Source: a virus | Reading direction: 5' to 3' (one strand) | Length of the DNA stretch: 64,000 bases | IMG/VR virus record: IMGVR_UViG_3300044858_004955 | Coordinates: 6,321 to 70,320 of that record | In this document: positions 27,641-38,158 of the stretch, one piece after another | How positions within the stretch are numbered: position 1 is the first letter of the stretch | Layout: each line of letters starts with the position of its first letter | Notes under the pieces: generated by a model | The model's database searches: none | Seen by the model: only the letters and a program-made list of their open reading frames with translations | What the model was told of the DNA's origin: nothing | Program-made: the position numbers and the translations under genes

Positions 27641-27954
27641 CACTCGCCCGCCGCCACCACGCCCTCTTGCTGCCCGACCTTCGCGACGTAGTTCATGAGC
27701 GCCCCCACCGCCGCCGCGAGGTCCGCGTCGGCCTCCGCTCCAGCGAGCAGGTCTCGCACGTGGAGCCGCACCGGCTCGGCTGGTGCCTCTTCCACGCCGG
27801 TCTCGGTGGTGCGGAAACGGACGAGTGTCACGCGGGCTTCGGCCTCGCCACCTGTCACGGATGACAGAACTACTTCTCTCACCCACCACTTGTCGAACAC
27901 CTTTGCAGGCACGTCCAGCGGTTCAGCGCAGTACAGCGTGGGGATATCAGGCAT
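27640..27954 (-). CDS. hypothetical protein (possible fibre assembly factor)
   Basis: Directly downstream of fibre gene. Confidence 0.55.
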   Translation of the reverse strand: MPDIPTLYCAEPLDVPAKVFDKWWVREVVLSSVTGGEAEARVTLVRFRTTETGVEEAPAEPVRLHVRDLLAGAEADADLAAAVGALMNYVAKVGQQEGVVAAGE

Positions 27955-27957
27955 GGT

Positions 27958-30000
27958 TCACCCGCACATGAGGACACAAGGGACGAGGTACGAACCGTCG
28001 TCGTACTCTGCGATGCGATGCGTGGACGACACCTTGCCGATGGTGGTGCTGCGGACGATGTCGTCGGCCTGCGTGCGTGCGGTTCCGTCTCCCGCGCTCT
28101 CTATCAGGTCGCCTGACTGAACCACTCCAGACACTCGCACCATGTACGCGCCAAGACCGGCGACGTACATATCGCCTGTCGATGCGTACTGCCCGTCCCA
28201 CCCAAGAAACACGCCGTAGACGCGGCGAGACGATTGCGTGTCGCTCACTTTGACCCGCACCAGCCTGTCGCTACTGCCGCCGTCTTCCGGCCAGTCGCAC
28301 ATCTCGTCGATCGTCTCCATGACCGTGCCGCGCAGGATCGCTGGCCGAGACTGATCGGAGAGTTGCGCCCAGTGCGATCCGCAAAAGGCGTTGTAGGAAA
28401 CGGTGTTGCCCGCGACGCTGATAGACCCTTCCAGCGCAGCGTCTTGAAAGAGCGCAACAATCGTTCCGTCTGCTGCCTTGATGTTTAGCCGCAAGCACTC
28501 AAAGGACGAGCGACTGACAGATATGTAATCTGGCGCTAGGGCAATGCCGTTTGTGTTCGCACCGGCTGGGTCAGCAGTTGTGCTTTGACCGACTAGCACA
28601 TTCCCCGACGCATCCACCCGCACCCGCTCGGTGCCGTTTGTCACAAGCGACAGCGTGTTCGCGCCGCCTACCTGCTGCACGCCAGTATCGTCGTCGCCGC
28701 TGATCGCCAAGCCCGGTTTGTAGGAGCCGCTGCTGCCGCTGCCTGCGGTGACGAGGACTTGCCCCTGCGCCGTGAATCCAGACTCAACTGTCACTATTCC
28801 GTTGTCACGTCGAATCTGGAGCGGAGTGCCAAGAAACACGCCCGCGTCGGACCATCTAGTGAAGTGAAGGTCCGATCCGGCGTTACTGCCTGTCTCCGCA
28901 TTGAAGTGTGCGCTCACCTGCCATCGCGTAGTTCCGCTGGTCTGCCACTCCAGCATCCTGTTGTTGCCAGCGACGGTGCCTGTGAGTCGCAGCGGCGACG
29001 TGACTGTGACCGCACCACCAGAGATCGCCGCCCCTGCCTGTCCGACGATCTGCCCCGCGAACGTGGCGGTGCCGGTGGAGGAGATGGTCAGGCGGGCAGA
29101 CAGAGCACCGGCCGTACCGTCGGCCTTTGTGTAGATGATGAAGTTCGACGCGGACGCGCCGTTGTCCTGCGTTGCCAGCCGCGCCTGCACTTTTTGCGTG
29201 AACCCAGCGCGAGCGAAGTCCAGCGAACACCCTTGCGAGGCGTTGAACGCCGTCGATTCGATGGTGACTACTGGAGCGTTGGCGGCTGTGCCACCGCTCA
29301 CAACGAGTTTTCCGTAGTCGCTGGGGGTGGAGTAACCGATGCCTGCGTTGCCGTCGGCATCAATCACAAACGGCGTCGTATCCCCGCTGCCGTCGTCATT
29401 GACCACAAAAGAATTGGAGGTGCCGCTGTTGTTGACCGTCAACGGCACCACGTTGCCCGTGTTTGCGAACGCCGCCGCGCCGGTGAACGCAGGGCTGGCT
29501 GTCGGCTGCACCGAGAGCGTGGTGCGTGCCGCAGCGGCATCGGCTGACGAAATCAAGGAGCGACCGAACGAAGTGCAGGTGATCTCCTCCACGTCGCCTG
29601 CACCGGACGACGAGCGACCGAGAAGGCGGTCGGTGGCGCTGACGTTCTGAATTTTGGCGTACGTGACGGCGTCGTTCTGAATCTTCGCCGTGCTGACGGT
29701 GTTGTCGGTCGGCGTGCGGGTGTCGCTCAAGCGACTGTCGTTGCCAATACACACGGTGCTCGAAGACGAACCCGTTGGGATTCGAGCGATATCCAGCGTG
29801 CCGGACGTGATGTCGCTGGCGGCGTGGGTGTGCGACGAGAGTGCGTAACTCTGGAACGTGAACGACTGAATGACGTTCGAGGCGTCTCGCCAGAATATGC
29901 GAGCGTCTCCATAGTTCAGTGCTAACTCGCCGTGCAGGAGCGACGAGGGCGCCGATGCTCCCGGCGTGCCGTTGCGCTTGAGTTGGACCGGCGTTGGCAT
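27958..30000 (-). CDS. tail fibre / spike with C-terminal chaperone-like domain
   Basis: LHGELALNY N-terminus, HTH(His-x-His), ERVRVDASGNVLVG repeats, C-terminal GDLIESAGDG..PCVLMCG. Confidence 0.75.
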   Translation of the reverse strand: MPTPVQLKRNGTPGASAPSSLLHGELALNYGDARIFWRDASNVIQSFTFQSYALSSHTHAASDITSGTLDIARIPTGSSSSTVCIGNDSRLSDTRTPTDNTVSTAKIQNDAVTYAKIQNVSATDRLLGRSSSGAGDVEEITCTSFGRSLISSADAAAARTTLSVQPTASPAFTGAAAFANTGNVVPLTVNNSGTSNSFVVNDDGSGDTTPFVIDADGNAGIGYSTPSDYGKLVVSGGTAANAPVVTIESTAFNASQGCSLDFARAGFTQKVQARLATQDNGASASNFIIYTKADGTAGALSARLTISSTGTATFAGQIVGQAGAAISGGAVTVTSPLRLTGTVAGNNRMLEWQTSGTTRWQVSAHFNAETGSNAGSDLHFTRWSDAGVFLGTPLQIRRDNGIVTVESGFTAQGQVLVTAGSGSSGSYKPGLAISGDDDTGVQQVGGANTLSLVTNGTERVRVDASGNVLVGQSTTADPAGANTNGIALAPDYISVSRSSFECLRLNIKAADGTIVALFQDAALEGSISVAGNTVSYNAFCGSHWAQLSDQSRPAILRGTVMETIDEMCDWPEDGGSSDRLVRVKVSDTQSSRRVYGVFLGWDGQYASTGDMYVAGLGAYMVRVSGVVQSGDLIESAGDGTARTQADDIVRSTTIGKVSSTHRIAEYDDGSYLVPCVLMCG

Positions 30001-30002
30001 CG

Positions 30003-31430
30003 TCAGAAACCCCCACCATCGAGAGTCTCAAGGAACGCCACCGACGTGCCAGACGCGGAGTAGGTCAGGATGCCGTCGGTCGTTCCGCCCTGCACCGCGG
30101 TGACCGTGTCGAGCGTGTTCGCTCCGAGGATGCTCCCCTTCGGAACTGTCGTGAGGCCCGTGCCGCCCTTCGTCGGCCCGATCGCCGTCGCAGACCACAC
30201 GCCGGTGGTCACCGTCCCGACCGTCGTGATCGACGTCTGGCCGGCGTAGGCCGTCGAGATGTCGATGGAGTCGGCGGCAACGCTGATCCGATCCGCCGTC
30301 CCGACGACGTTGATCGTGCTGCCATCCTTCGTGAGGCCGTTGCCGGCAGTGATCTGCCCTGCGCCGGAGAACTGGGCAAACGCCAGCGACGTCGACCCGA
30401 CCGTGATGGTGCCATTCGTGGTCAGCACCCATCCCGTGTCCGCGTTCGCCGTGCCTTCCTCGACGAACGCAAACGCACCCGGCGTCACCTCGGCGTCAGC
30501 GTCGAAGTCGGTGGCCCGCACCGCCGCGCCGGACGCCTGCACGACGTAGATGCCGTTCTGCGAGGCCGTATCCTGATTCTTGACGAGCACCCGGTCGCCC
30601 GTGGCGAGCGTCACGCCGTCGATCGCGTCGCCGTTCTCGAGCGCACTCGACAGGTCGATGTTCTCAGTGGTCGCGGCACGCACCGACTGCTTGACGTCGA
30701 GGCCGTTCCTTGCAGCATCAACGTCCGCCTTCCTCGCGGCGTCGTTCGCATCTGTCGGCGCCGCGAGGTTCGTGATCTTCTGGCTGTTCATCGTCAGCGA
30801 CGCCGTCGGCGCCGCGAACGAAGTCAGGCTGTACGCCTTGACCGTGGTCTCGAGGTCGGTCACGTTCGCGGCGACGTGCGTGTGGACGGCGGACGCGGCG
30901 GAAACATCGACCGACGTCAGGCTGACGGTGCCGACTTTTCCGTTGACGCTTGATACCGGGCCGTACTTGGCGGCCTCGGTCGCGAAGTCGGTCACGTTCG
31001 CGGCAACGTGAGTGTGGACGGCGGACGCGGCTGAAACGTCTACAGACGTCAGACTGACCGTCCCAGTCTTCCCATTAACGCTGGAAACCGGGCCGACGAG
31101 TGCCGCGGCGGTCGTGAAGTCGGTGATCTTCGTGCTGGTCAGCGACGGGATGTCGTCGGCCACGAGGAGCCGAAACGTCGGAGCAGCATTCGCTCCGGTC
31201 GTCGGCCCGGCGAGCACCTTGTTGGCCTCGCGGACGGTGACGATCGAGATGAACGCGCCGCCGCCGCCGATCGCGACGACGTTCGCGGCGTTCGTTCCGC
31301 TCGAGCCGGTGCCGATGTAGAGCGTGCCGGCACCGCCCGTGCCGGCTGCTTCCGCATAGGCCAGTTCCGCATTCAGCAGCGACTCAGGAGCGCTAGAGCC
31401 TGTGCTGCGGCGGATACGAATGCGAGCCAT
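30003..31430 (-). CDS. tail fibre protein
   Basis: AELAY N-terminus, 2 SVNG..HTH repeats, KITNLAAPT..DAA, DRVLVKNQ..NGIY. Confidence 0.8.
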   Translation of the reverse strand: MARIRIRRSTGSSAPESLLNAELAYAEAAGTGGAGTLYIGTGSSGTNAANVVAIGGGGAFISIVTVREANKVLAGPTTGANAAPTFRLLVADDIPSLTSTKITDFTTAAALVGPVSSVNGKTGTVSLTSVDVSAASAVHTHVAANVTDFATEAAKYGPVSSVNGKVGTVSLTSVDVSAASAVHTHVAANVTDLETTVKAYSLTSFAAPTASLTMNSQKITNLAAPTDANDAARKADVDAARNGLDVKQSVRAATTENIDLSSALENGDAIDGVTLATGDRVLVKNQDTASQNGIYVVQASGAAVRATDFDADAEVTPGAFAFVEEGTANADTGWVLTTNGTITVGSTSLAFAQFSGAGQITAGNGLTKDGSTINVVGTADRISVAADSIDISTAYAGQTSITTVGTVTTGVWSATAIGPTKGGTGLTTVPKGSILGANTLDTVTAVQGGTTDGILTYSASGTSVAFLETLDGGGF

Positions 31431-31705
31431 GCGAAGTTACCTCCATCCACTAGGTTCGATTCAGCGAAGTCGCGAAATTTGCCATTTGCGTACCGCAGCA
31501 CGTCTCCGTCCACAGGAGAGTCGATCTGCACGTCCGTCAGTTCCGTCAAAGCCGTGGCCCCGCCGGTCTCCCCGGACGGCCCCTGCGGCCCGATGCCGCC
31601 GGTGACCGCTGCCGCGACGGCTCCGCTGCCGACGGTCGCCGAGACGCCGGCGCCACTGACGGTCGCCGAAATCCGCGTTCCCGTGACGCTGGCCGTGATG
31701 CTCAC
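31373..31705 (-). CDS. virion structural protein (short collagen-like)
   Basis: GPQGPSG, LTELTDV..DGDVLRY..DGGNF; its GGAGG doubles as next RBS. Confidence 0.6.
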   Translation of the reverse strand: MSITASVTGTRISATVSGAGVSATVGSGAVAAAVTGGIGPQGPSGETGGATALTELTDVQIDSPVDGDVLRYANGKFRDFAESNLVDGGNFAWLAFVSAAAQALALLSRC

Positions 31706-32025
31706 CGTGCCACCTCGACGAAGCCCGAAAGTGCCGTCCGCTTCACGTCGCCCGGGGCGATCCACTCAAGCCGCCACGAGTACGTGCCGGGCTGGAGCGC
31801 CTCGGTCTGGGCCTCGGTCATCGCGACGGAGACGACGCCCGTGGAGGCGTTCGTGATCGTCGAGGTGATCGTGCCGACCGAGTTCCCCGTGATCGGCGAC
31901 ACGATCGACGACGACACCGTGTACCCGGACATATCGATGTCAAAGTCGATGGTCGTGCCGAACTGGTCCCCACGCCGGAGCGAGAGGTTCAGCGGACCCG
32001 GCAGTTGGCTGTAGGTATTGCTCAC
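31702..32025 (-). CDS. BppU-N-like fibre adaptor protein
   Basis: LSLRRGD..DMSGYT..YSWRL..TALSG; paralog of 40956..41324. Confidence 0.65.
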   Translation of the reverse strand: MSNTYSQLPGPLNLSLRRGDQFGTTIDFDIDMSGYTVSSSIVSPITGNSVGTITSTITNASTGVVSVAMTEAQTEALQPGTYSWRLEWIAPGDVKRTALSGFVEVAR

Positions 32026-32279
32026 CGCGGCTGCTCCACGGAGACCTTGTATTGCCTCGCCTCTTCAGCGGCTTTTGGCTGGAGGGCGTATAGGAGCCGG
32101 GTCTGCTCCTCGATCGCACTGGCGATGTCCTTCTGGGACTCAGAGATCGTCTTCAGGAACGCGGAGTGCTGCTCCACGAGCGGCAGGAGGACGTCAGTGC
32201 GGAGGAAGTAGCCTCCGGCCACGCAAAGCAGGGTCGGCAGGCCGTACCGTTCGAGGACCGTCTTCACGACGTCGTTCAT
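32022..32279 (-). CDS. single-TM coiled-coil protein (holin-like)
   Basis: ERYGLPTLLCVAGGYFL then coiled coil. Confidence 0.5.
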   Translation of the reverse strand: MNDVVKTVLERYGLPTLLCVAGGYFLRTDVLLPLVEQHSAFLKTISESQKDIASAIEEQTRLLYALQPKAAEEARQYKVSVEQPR

Positions 32280-32332
32280 GTCTTCGCCGCTCACGGGACG
32301 CCTCGTGACGCCGCAAAAGGCAGAATGCGGCG

Positions 32333-32884
32333 TTATTTCATTGTATCGTTTTGCAGTCTTGACCACGCAGCATCCACGCGGCCGGCGAGGACCGACAAAT
32401 CCCCGTCGTTAAGCACCTCGTCGTCCACGAGGCTGGCCTCGATGCCACGCTCGCTCGAGTGCGACCCGGCAGAACCAGCCAATCCAGCCCCGGGCCGGAC
32501 GACACGCCAGACGTACCCGCCGCGGGCGTGGATCGCCTCGGCCTCGTTGTCGAACCGGACATCCGTGATCACGGCGAGCGCCGTCTCGGAGTCCTCGATC
32601 CGCTTCATCGTCGCCATCACCCAGATTTCCGGGTGGATGGTCTCGCGCCCCCACTCCGTGCCGATGGTTTGGAGGAGCCGCCGCGGGCTGGCCGGCAGCC
32701 ACGGCAGGTCGCGTTCCTTGTGCCGCCGGTCCTGCAACTCGGCGATCGACATCCCCGTGATCGCCGAGATCGCCGCGTACAGCGGGTCCGCGAACCCGAA
32801 GATTCCGGCCCCATGCCGTGCCGCCAGCATCTCCGCGACCGTGTTTTTGCCGCACCCGGCGGCTCCGCAGAGGCCGATGATCAT
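32333..32884 (-). CDS. deoxynucleoside monophosphate kinase
   Basis: GAAGCGKNT, FADPL, PRRLLQTIGTEWGR, TDVRFDNE. Confidence 0.9.
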   Translation of the reverse strand: MIIGLCGAAGCGKNTVAEMLAARHGAGIFGFADPLYAAISAITGMSIAELQDRRHKERDLPWLPASPRRLLQTIGTEWGRETIHPEIWVMATMKRIEDSETALAVITDVRFDNEAEAIHARGGYVWRVVRPGAGLAGSAGSHSSERGIEASLVDDEVLNDGDLSVLAGRVDAAWSRLQNDTMK

Positions 32885-34053
32885 GGTTTCACCCCGGCGA
32901 CGTGCATGGCCGTCAGGCCGCCTTCGGGCCTGTAGAGGAACGTCTCCATCGCCCGGCGGGCGCCGATGAAGCCGTGCTCAGAGTGCCAATCGTCAGTGGC
33001 CCCGACGCTGGGAGCCGTTCGGACGATGACTGACTCGATGGTCTCGATCGGCCGCTGCCACTCGGCTGCCTGCGAGTGGTAGTGGCCGGTGTGGTACTCG
33101 CGGTACGGGCACCTCGCCCAGTCGCCGGCAGCCTCAATCGCCATGATCTGCGGCAACTTCCGTTTCGCCCGGTGGCCGTGGGCGATGCCGAGCAGGTTGG
33201 CCCCGTGCGTGACGTACTGACGGCCGGTGAACTTCATGCTTACGGCGACGCGCTGGTCGTTTCGGAACCGCTCAAAAAGAATGCGCTGGAACGCCCAAGT
33301 GAGCGTCTCGTCGTGGTTTCCGTTCACGACGTGGACGTCGGTCGGCGTCGTCGCGGCGGACTGCTCGACGATCGAAAGAAGTGCGTCGCTGCCAACCTCG
33401 ATCATCTTCTGGAGCCGGCCGTCGCGTTCCAACTGCGTTCCGCTGGTGGTGGTCCCATGAGGCGAGTCGTAGTGAAAGAGGTCGCCGAGGTAGAAGATGC
33501 TCCTCCGAGCAGGCTTGTACTCGTTGCCGACGGCGATCAGTTCGTTCGACGTCTGCCGGATGACGCGGTCGGCGATGTCGAGATCGTAGTCACCGTGGCC
33601 GGTTGTCTTGCTCCACGCATACTTGCCGACATGGACGTCCGCCACGACGATGACCTGCCACAGTTCGCCCTTCGGCTTCTTGTGACGGCTCACCGGCCTC
33701 TGCTTGAGGCCGACGGCCCCCGCGATCATCGCCTCCACGACCTCGCGTGTCGTCGGCCCCGCCTTCGGCTTCAGCCGGACGAAGACGCGGTGCAATTCCG
33801 TGACGGTCGTCCCGCCCTTTCCATCGCTTGACGCGCACTCCCATTTGGTGGCTTCAGATGCCGCCACTTCATACCTCTGTAAGTCAGCCTCGATATGCGC
33901 GAGCAGGTCTTCGACCGTCTTGATGCGGCGGCTCGTGCTGCGGGCCTCGAGCACGTCGCCCTCGCGCTTGGTCGTGACCTGCTCCGCGTCGGGGGCGGGT
34001 TCAGGCTGCGGCAGTTTGGCCGCCACCTTGGCGATCAAGTCCTCCTGAGCCAT
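32881..34053 (-). CDS. calcineurin-like metallophosphoesterase
   Basis: DVHVG, GDLFH, GNHD, AHGH, GHYH. Confidence 0.85.
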   Translation of the reverse strand: MAQEDLIAKVAAKLPQPEPAPDAEQVTTKREGDVLEARSTSRRIKTVEDLLAHIEADLQRYEVAASEATKWECASSDGKGGTTVTELHRVFVRLKPKAGPTTREVVEAMIAGAVGLKQRPVSRHKKPKGELWQVIVVADVHVGKYAWSKTTGHGDYDLDIADRVIRQTSNELIAVGNEYKPARRSIFYLGDLFHYDSPHGTTTSGTQLERDGRLQKMIEVGSDALLSIVEQSAATTPTDVHVVNGNHDETLTWAFQRILFERFRNDQRVAVSMKFTGRQYVTHGANLLGIAHGHRAKRKLPQIMAIEAAGDWARCPYREYHTGHYHSQAAEWQRPIETIESVIVRTAPSVGATDDWHSEHGFIGARRAMETFLYRPEGGLTAMHVAGVKP

Positions 34054-34295
34054 GCCTTCACTCCTTGCGGGCCGATGGTGATGCCCAGTTCGCCAAGCGT
34101 CGCCGAGATCGCCCGGCACGCCGTGATCTCGCGCTTGCCGAACCGGCCCGCAAAGTACGCATCGCGGAGCGGCAGAACCTGCTCCGCCTGCTCTGGCGTG
34201 AGCCGCTGCCACCACGGCTTGACGTGCGGCGTCGTGTCCACGCGGGACGCGACTCGTTCGATGAGGTCATCCGCTGACAACTGCTTCTCGTCCAT
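34035..34295 (-). CDS. hypothetical protein
   Basis: GAGG RBS, MDEKQ. Confidence 0.6.
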   Translation of the reverse strand: MDEKQLSADDLIERVASRVDTTPHVKPWWQRLTPEQAEQVLPLRDAYFAGRFGKREITACRAISATLGELGITIGPQGVKAWLRRT

Positions 34296-34303
34296 GCTGC
34301 ACC

Positions 34304-35368
34304 TCACGAAAGACCGTCGCACGCCATCAGGAGTGCGCTGATGTGATGCCCGACACGCTCCTCGTCCTCTGACAGGATCGCTTCCACGCCCGACCCGGCG
34401 GCGTCGCAGGCGCCGGCGTGGACGCTCTCGCAGACCGCGGCGTCTTCGGCGAACACGGCCCGGTTGAAGTCCACGACCGACTTGTTGAACACCTCGCGGC
34501 GTTCCGCCTGACCGGGCGAGAGTTCGCCGACCTTCGTCGCGTAGACCAGCGACGTGAACTCCGTTTCGCCGACGCCGGCCGGAGCGAAGAACTGGACTGA
34601 TACGCTCATGCCTGCCGCGCTCGCGATCGTGCAGTGCGGGAAGACCAGTTGATGGACGTAGCCTGCCGGTTTGTACGGCCGCGAGGCGAACACGTCTTCC
34701 ATCGATTCGAGCCACGCCGTCGTCTTCGCAGACAGGGGCGTCGACCACGACGAGTGCGGGCCGGCGAAGGAGAACTCGCCGCCGTTCGCCCCGAGTCGGT
34801 GGAACGTCTCCGGGTGGACGTGGCCGACGTGGTACGCCTCGAGCGTGTTCTCTACGGCGATCTTCCAGTTGCACCGCATCCAGATGCGGTTCGTGTCGAG
34901 TTTCTCGCCGCAGGCTTCCGTCATCGCGGCGATCGTCCCCCACGCTTCGCCGAGCCACGCCTCCAGTTCGATCGCCTTCGTGCGGCAGACGAACACGAGA
35001 TTCCCGCACCGGGCCGTCTCGTACACGGCGAGGCCGTGTTCCGCGAGGTTCACGCCGTCGAAACTGGGCCGCTTCGGCACGCGGCACGGCAGGCCGTCCG
35101 GCCCGAACTCCCAGCCGTGGTAGCCGCAGACAAGCGGGCCGGTGCCGCAGGGATTCGAGACCAGCCTATTGAGACGGTGCGGGCAGACGTTCAAGAACAC
35201 CTTCAGTTCGCCGCCGACGTTCTGGACGATGACTTTCCCGCGGACGACGTAGTCGCCGTCTCCGGCTACCTCGTTTGCCATGCAGACCGGCGTCCAGACG
35301 GAATTCGCGAACGCCGTCACCTCGCGTGCGTACTGCTCCTCGGAAACGTAGTAGGCGGCCGGAATCAT
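34304..35368 (-). CDS. Rieske non-heme iron oxygenase alpha subunit
   Basis: CPHR..CGYHGW; ENTLEAYHVGHVH; EDAAVCE. Confidence 0.9.
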   Translation of the reverse strand: MIPAAYYVSEEQYAREVTAFANSVWTPVCMANEVAGDGDYVVRGKVIVQNVGGELKVFLNVCPHRLNRLVSNPCGTGPLVCGYHGWEFGPDGLPCRVPKRPSFDGVNLAEHGLAVYETARCGNLVFVCRTKAIELEAWLGEAWGTIAAMTEACGEKLDTNRIWMRCNWKIAVENTLEAYHVGHVHPETFHRLGANGGEFSFAGPHSSWSTPLSAKTTAWLESMEDVFASRPYKPAGYVHQLVFPHCTIASAAGMSVSVQFFAPAGVGETEFTSLVYATKVGELSPGQAERREVFNKSVVDFNRAVFAEDAAVCESVHAGACDAAGSGVEAILSEDEERVGHHISALLMACDGLS

Positions 35369-36096
35369 CGTGCGGTCATGCCCCCGTCGATCGTGAGGAC
35401 AGTCCCTGTCGTCCACTTCTGACGCAGGAGGTACTGGATCGCCTCGGCGACGTCCTCCGGCTCTCCGAGGCCGAGTAGGTGGTCGTCGACCACGGCCTGC
35501 CACTGCGTCGGAGACATCGTGTGCTCGAGCCGCTCCTGCATCGGCGTCCTGACGACGCCGGGGGCGACGGCGTTGACCCGGATGCTGGATGAGGCTAGTT
35601 CGACCGCCAGAGCCTTGGTCAGCCCGAGCACCGCGGCCTTCGACGCTGCGTAGGCGCTCGCGGCTGCCTGCCCGACGATCCCTGCCACGCTCGCGACGAA
35701 CACGATCGCGTCGGACCCGCCGGCCCGCACGGCCGGCTGCCGGAACGCTTTCGCGACGTGCCACGCCGTGTGGTAGTTCGCCGCGATCATCTCGTCCGCT
35801 TTGGCGTGCGTCTGGTATCGCAGCGGGATCAGGGAGTGGATGCCGGCGGCGTGGACGACGCCATCGAACTTCCCGTGGACCGCGGCGATGTCAGCGAGCA
35901 CGTCGTCGGTGCGGTCGCCAAGCGACACGAGGTCGATGCTCTTCCAGCCGTGGTTGCCGGCCGGCAGTGCGTCGTGGACTTCCCGCAGGCGGCCGTAGTC
36001 CCGGCCAAGCAGGTAGACGTCGTGGCCTCCGGCGGCCAAGAGCCTCGCCGCGGCGGCCCCGATGCCGCTGGAACCTCCGGTCACGAGGTATCTCAC
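35365..36096 (-). CDS. SDR oxidoreductase (FabG-like)
   Basis: TGGSSGIG, YAASK, NAVAPG. Confidence 0.9.
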   Translation of the reverse strand: MRYLVTGGSSGIGAAAARLLAAGGHDVYLLGRDYGRLREVHDALPAGNHGWKSIDLVSLGDRTDDVLADIAAVHGKFDGVVHAAGIHSLIPLRYQTHAKADEMIAANYHTAWHVAKAFRQPAVRAGGSDAIVFVASVAGIVGQAAASAYAASKAAVLGLTKALAVELASSSIRVNAVAPGVVRTPMQERLEHTMSPTQWQAVVDDHLLGLGEPEDVAEAIQYLLRQKWTTGTVLTIDGGMTAR

Positions 36097-37028
36097 TCGG
36101 CGACCTCCACGAGGTCGTGGAGCCTCGTCGTGGACAGGTCGGCGGCGACGGCGCAGTACGACCAGCCACCGCCGAATCCGGCCATGATGGTCCTCCCCTT
36201 GCCGCCGGTGGTCACGAGCGCCAGCGGGATCGACGCGCTCGACACGTTGCCGAAGTGCCGCACTATGCCGTCGATCCACTTCGCCTCCGGCACGCCGCAT
36301 TTCTCGCGAAGGTGCCGGAGCATGAACTGGTTCGGTTGGTGCGGGACGATCTGGTCGACCGTGTCCATCGTCCAGCCGGCCGCCGCGAGCGACTCGGTGA
36401 CCATCATCGGCACCGTCCGCATCGCAAACTCGAAGACCTCGGCGCCGTTCATTCTCAGGTGCGCCGTGTCGCCGTGGGCGAGCGACAGGTGCTCCGCTCC
36501 GCTCCCGTCGCTGCCGAAGGCGACGTGCATGGGCGGCGCGTCGTCGTCCCGCTCGAGGATCGTCGCGCTCACCGCGTCTCCGAATAGCGGCTCGGTCGCA
36601 CGGTCGTTCGGCGAGACGACGGTCGACAGGCAGTCGCCGGCGACCAAGAGGACGCGAGGAACGCCTGCTGCGGCTAGGCCGGACGCCACGGCGAGGCCGT
36701 AGGTGTAGCCGGAGCAGCCTTGGTTCACGTCGAACGCAGCGCACGCCGTGCCGAGGTTGAGCCTGCCGTGCAGGACGTTGGCGACCGGCGGAATCCGCTG
36801 GTCCGGCGTCTGCGTGACGACGACGATCGCCTGCACCGCCCGTCCGAGCACCTCGCGGCACGCGGCCTCGGCCAAGTCGGCGAGCGAGAGTTTCTCGACG
36901 ACCCTCCGCTCGCAGACGCCGGTGGCGGCCTCCAGTTTCGACGCCGCGGCCCCCCAGCGCGACTGATCTCGCACGGTCGAAGGCACGGCCACGGCGATGT
37001 CGCGGATCGCGACGCCTTGGATGCTCAT
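36093..37028 (-). CDS. 3-oxoacyl-ACP synthase III family (FabH-like)
   Basis: NQGCSGY, PHQPN, GNVSSAS, GFGGG. Confidence 0.9.
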   Translation of the reverse strand: MSIQGVAIRDIAVAVPSTVRDQSRWGAAASKLEAATGVCERRVVEKLSLADLAEAACREVLGRAVQAIVVVTQTPDQRIPPVANVLHGRLNLGTACAAFDVNQGCSGYTYGLAVASGLAAAGVPRVLLVAGDCLSTVVSPNDRATEPLFGDAVSATILERDDDAPPMHVAFGSDGSGAEHLSLAHGDTAHLRMNGAEVFEFAMRTVPMMVTESLAAAGWTMDTVDQIVPHQPNQFMLRHLREKCGVPEAKWIDGIVRHFGNVSSASIPLALVTTGGKGRTIMAGFGGGWSYCAVAADLSTTRLHDLVEVAE

Positions 37029-37243
37029 TGGATTCCCACGAGCGCGGCCAAGTCGCCGACCGTCCTCGCTTCCATGAGCCGTGCGGCGCTCACGATCACG
37101 CCGTACTTCTTGTCCGCCATAGCCATGAACCCCATCGCGCTCATGGAATCCCACCCCGCAAGGTGGTTCAGGTACATCTCCGGCTGGCTGGTGCCGGCCG
37201 ACTGCTCGACCAGTTGGTCGAGCGCCTCGCAAAACTCGCTCAT
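37025..37243 (-). CDS. acyl carrier protein
   Basis: 72 aa, GWDSM phosphopantetheine Ser, TVGDL. Confidence 0.85.
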   Translation of the reverse strand: MSEFCEALDQLVEQSAGTSQPEMYLNHLAGWDSMSAMGFMAMADKKYGVIVSAARLMEARTVGDLAALVGIQ

Positions 37244-37851
37244 TGTGGTTTCCTGTAGATAACGGCCGCTGGGACTCCCATCACGGTGGATCGCTCCGGC
37301 GCCTCGCGGACGACGACGCTGCCGCTGCCAACGATCGACCAGTCGCCGGCGTGGGCGTGCGGCAGGATGCTCGCGTGCGAGCCGACGAGCACGCCCTCGC
37401 CGAGGCTCGCGTGCCCGCAGAGATCGGCGTGGCTTGAGATCGAGCAGTAGTCGCCGGTCACGGTGTCGTGGCCGACGGTCGCGGCGCAGTTGACCGTCAC
37501 GAACCGTCCGATAGATGATCCGACGCTGAGGATCGCGTGCGGGCAGATCACGCAGCCCTCGCCCATCGCGGCCGGCTCGGTGACGATCGCGGTCGGGTGG
37601 ACGAGCGACCAGAATCGCGCCCCGCGGCTGCGGAGTCGCTCGCAGACAATCCGCTTGAGAGCCGGCTCGCCGATGCCGCACAGGAAGACGTCACGCGGCG
37701 AAAACACGAGGTCGTCGGGCAGGATCGGCAGGCCGCACGCGACGCCCTCGGCCGTGTCGAGGAAGGCGTCCACGTCGATGCCGGCGTCCCGTGCCCAGCG
37801 GAGCACCTCGCGGCCGAAGCCGCCGGCGCCCACGATGTACGTGCTGCTCAC
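37240..37851 (-). CDS. NeuD/PglD/VioB-family hexapeptide sugar acyltransferase
   Basis: GAGGFGREV, hexapeptide repeats, VGHD, GVPA. Confidence 0.9.
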   Translation of the reverse strand: MSSTYIVGAGGFGREVLRWARDAGIDVDAFLDTAEGVACGLPILPDDLVFSPRDVFLCGIGEPALKRIVCERLRSRGARFWSLVHPTAIVTEPAAMGEGCVICPHAILSVGSSIGRFVTVNCAATVGHDTVTGDYCSISSHADLCGHASLGEGVLVGSHASILPHAHAGDWSIVGSGSVVVREAPERSTVMGVPAAVIYRKPQ

Positions 37852-38153
37852 GGCTGCTTGTCCTCTTGCAGGCGGTAGCCTAAGAACCAGAGGATTCTGC
37901 TCACGTCGCGTGCGCTCGCCGTGATCGTCTCCTCGCTCATCTGCGGAAAGCACACATGAAGCGCCTCGTGGATTTCGGTCTCCATGCGAGTCCGGCCCTT
38001 CAGTCGGGAGTCGATCAAGACCTTCCGCACCGACGGCTCACCGGGCTTGTTTGGGTCAGGCAGGTACGCCCACCCAGCGGCACGCCCGCGGAGGCGAGTG
38101 TAGCGCCACACCCAGCGGGCGCCTGCGATCAGGAAGTGATGCGTCGCCGGCAT
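37848..38153 (-). CDS. small HExxH protein
   Basis: TEIHEALH motif. Confidence 0.6.
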   Translation of the reverse strand: MPATHHFLIAGARWVWRYTRLRGRAAGWAYLPDPNKPGEPSVRKVLIDSRLKGRTRMETEIHEALHVCFPQMSEETITASARDVSRILWFLGYRLQEDKQP

Positions 38154-38158
38154 GGCAC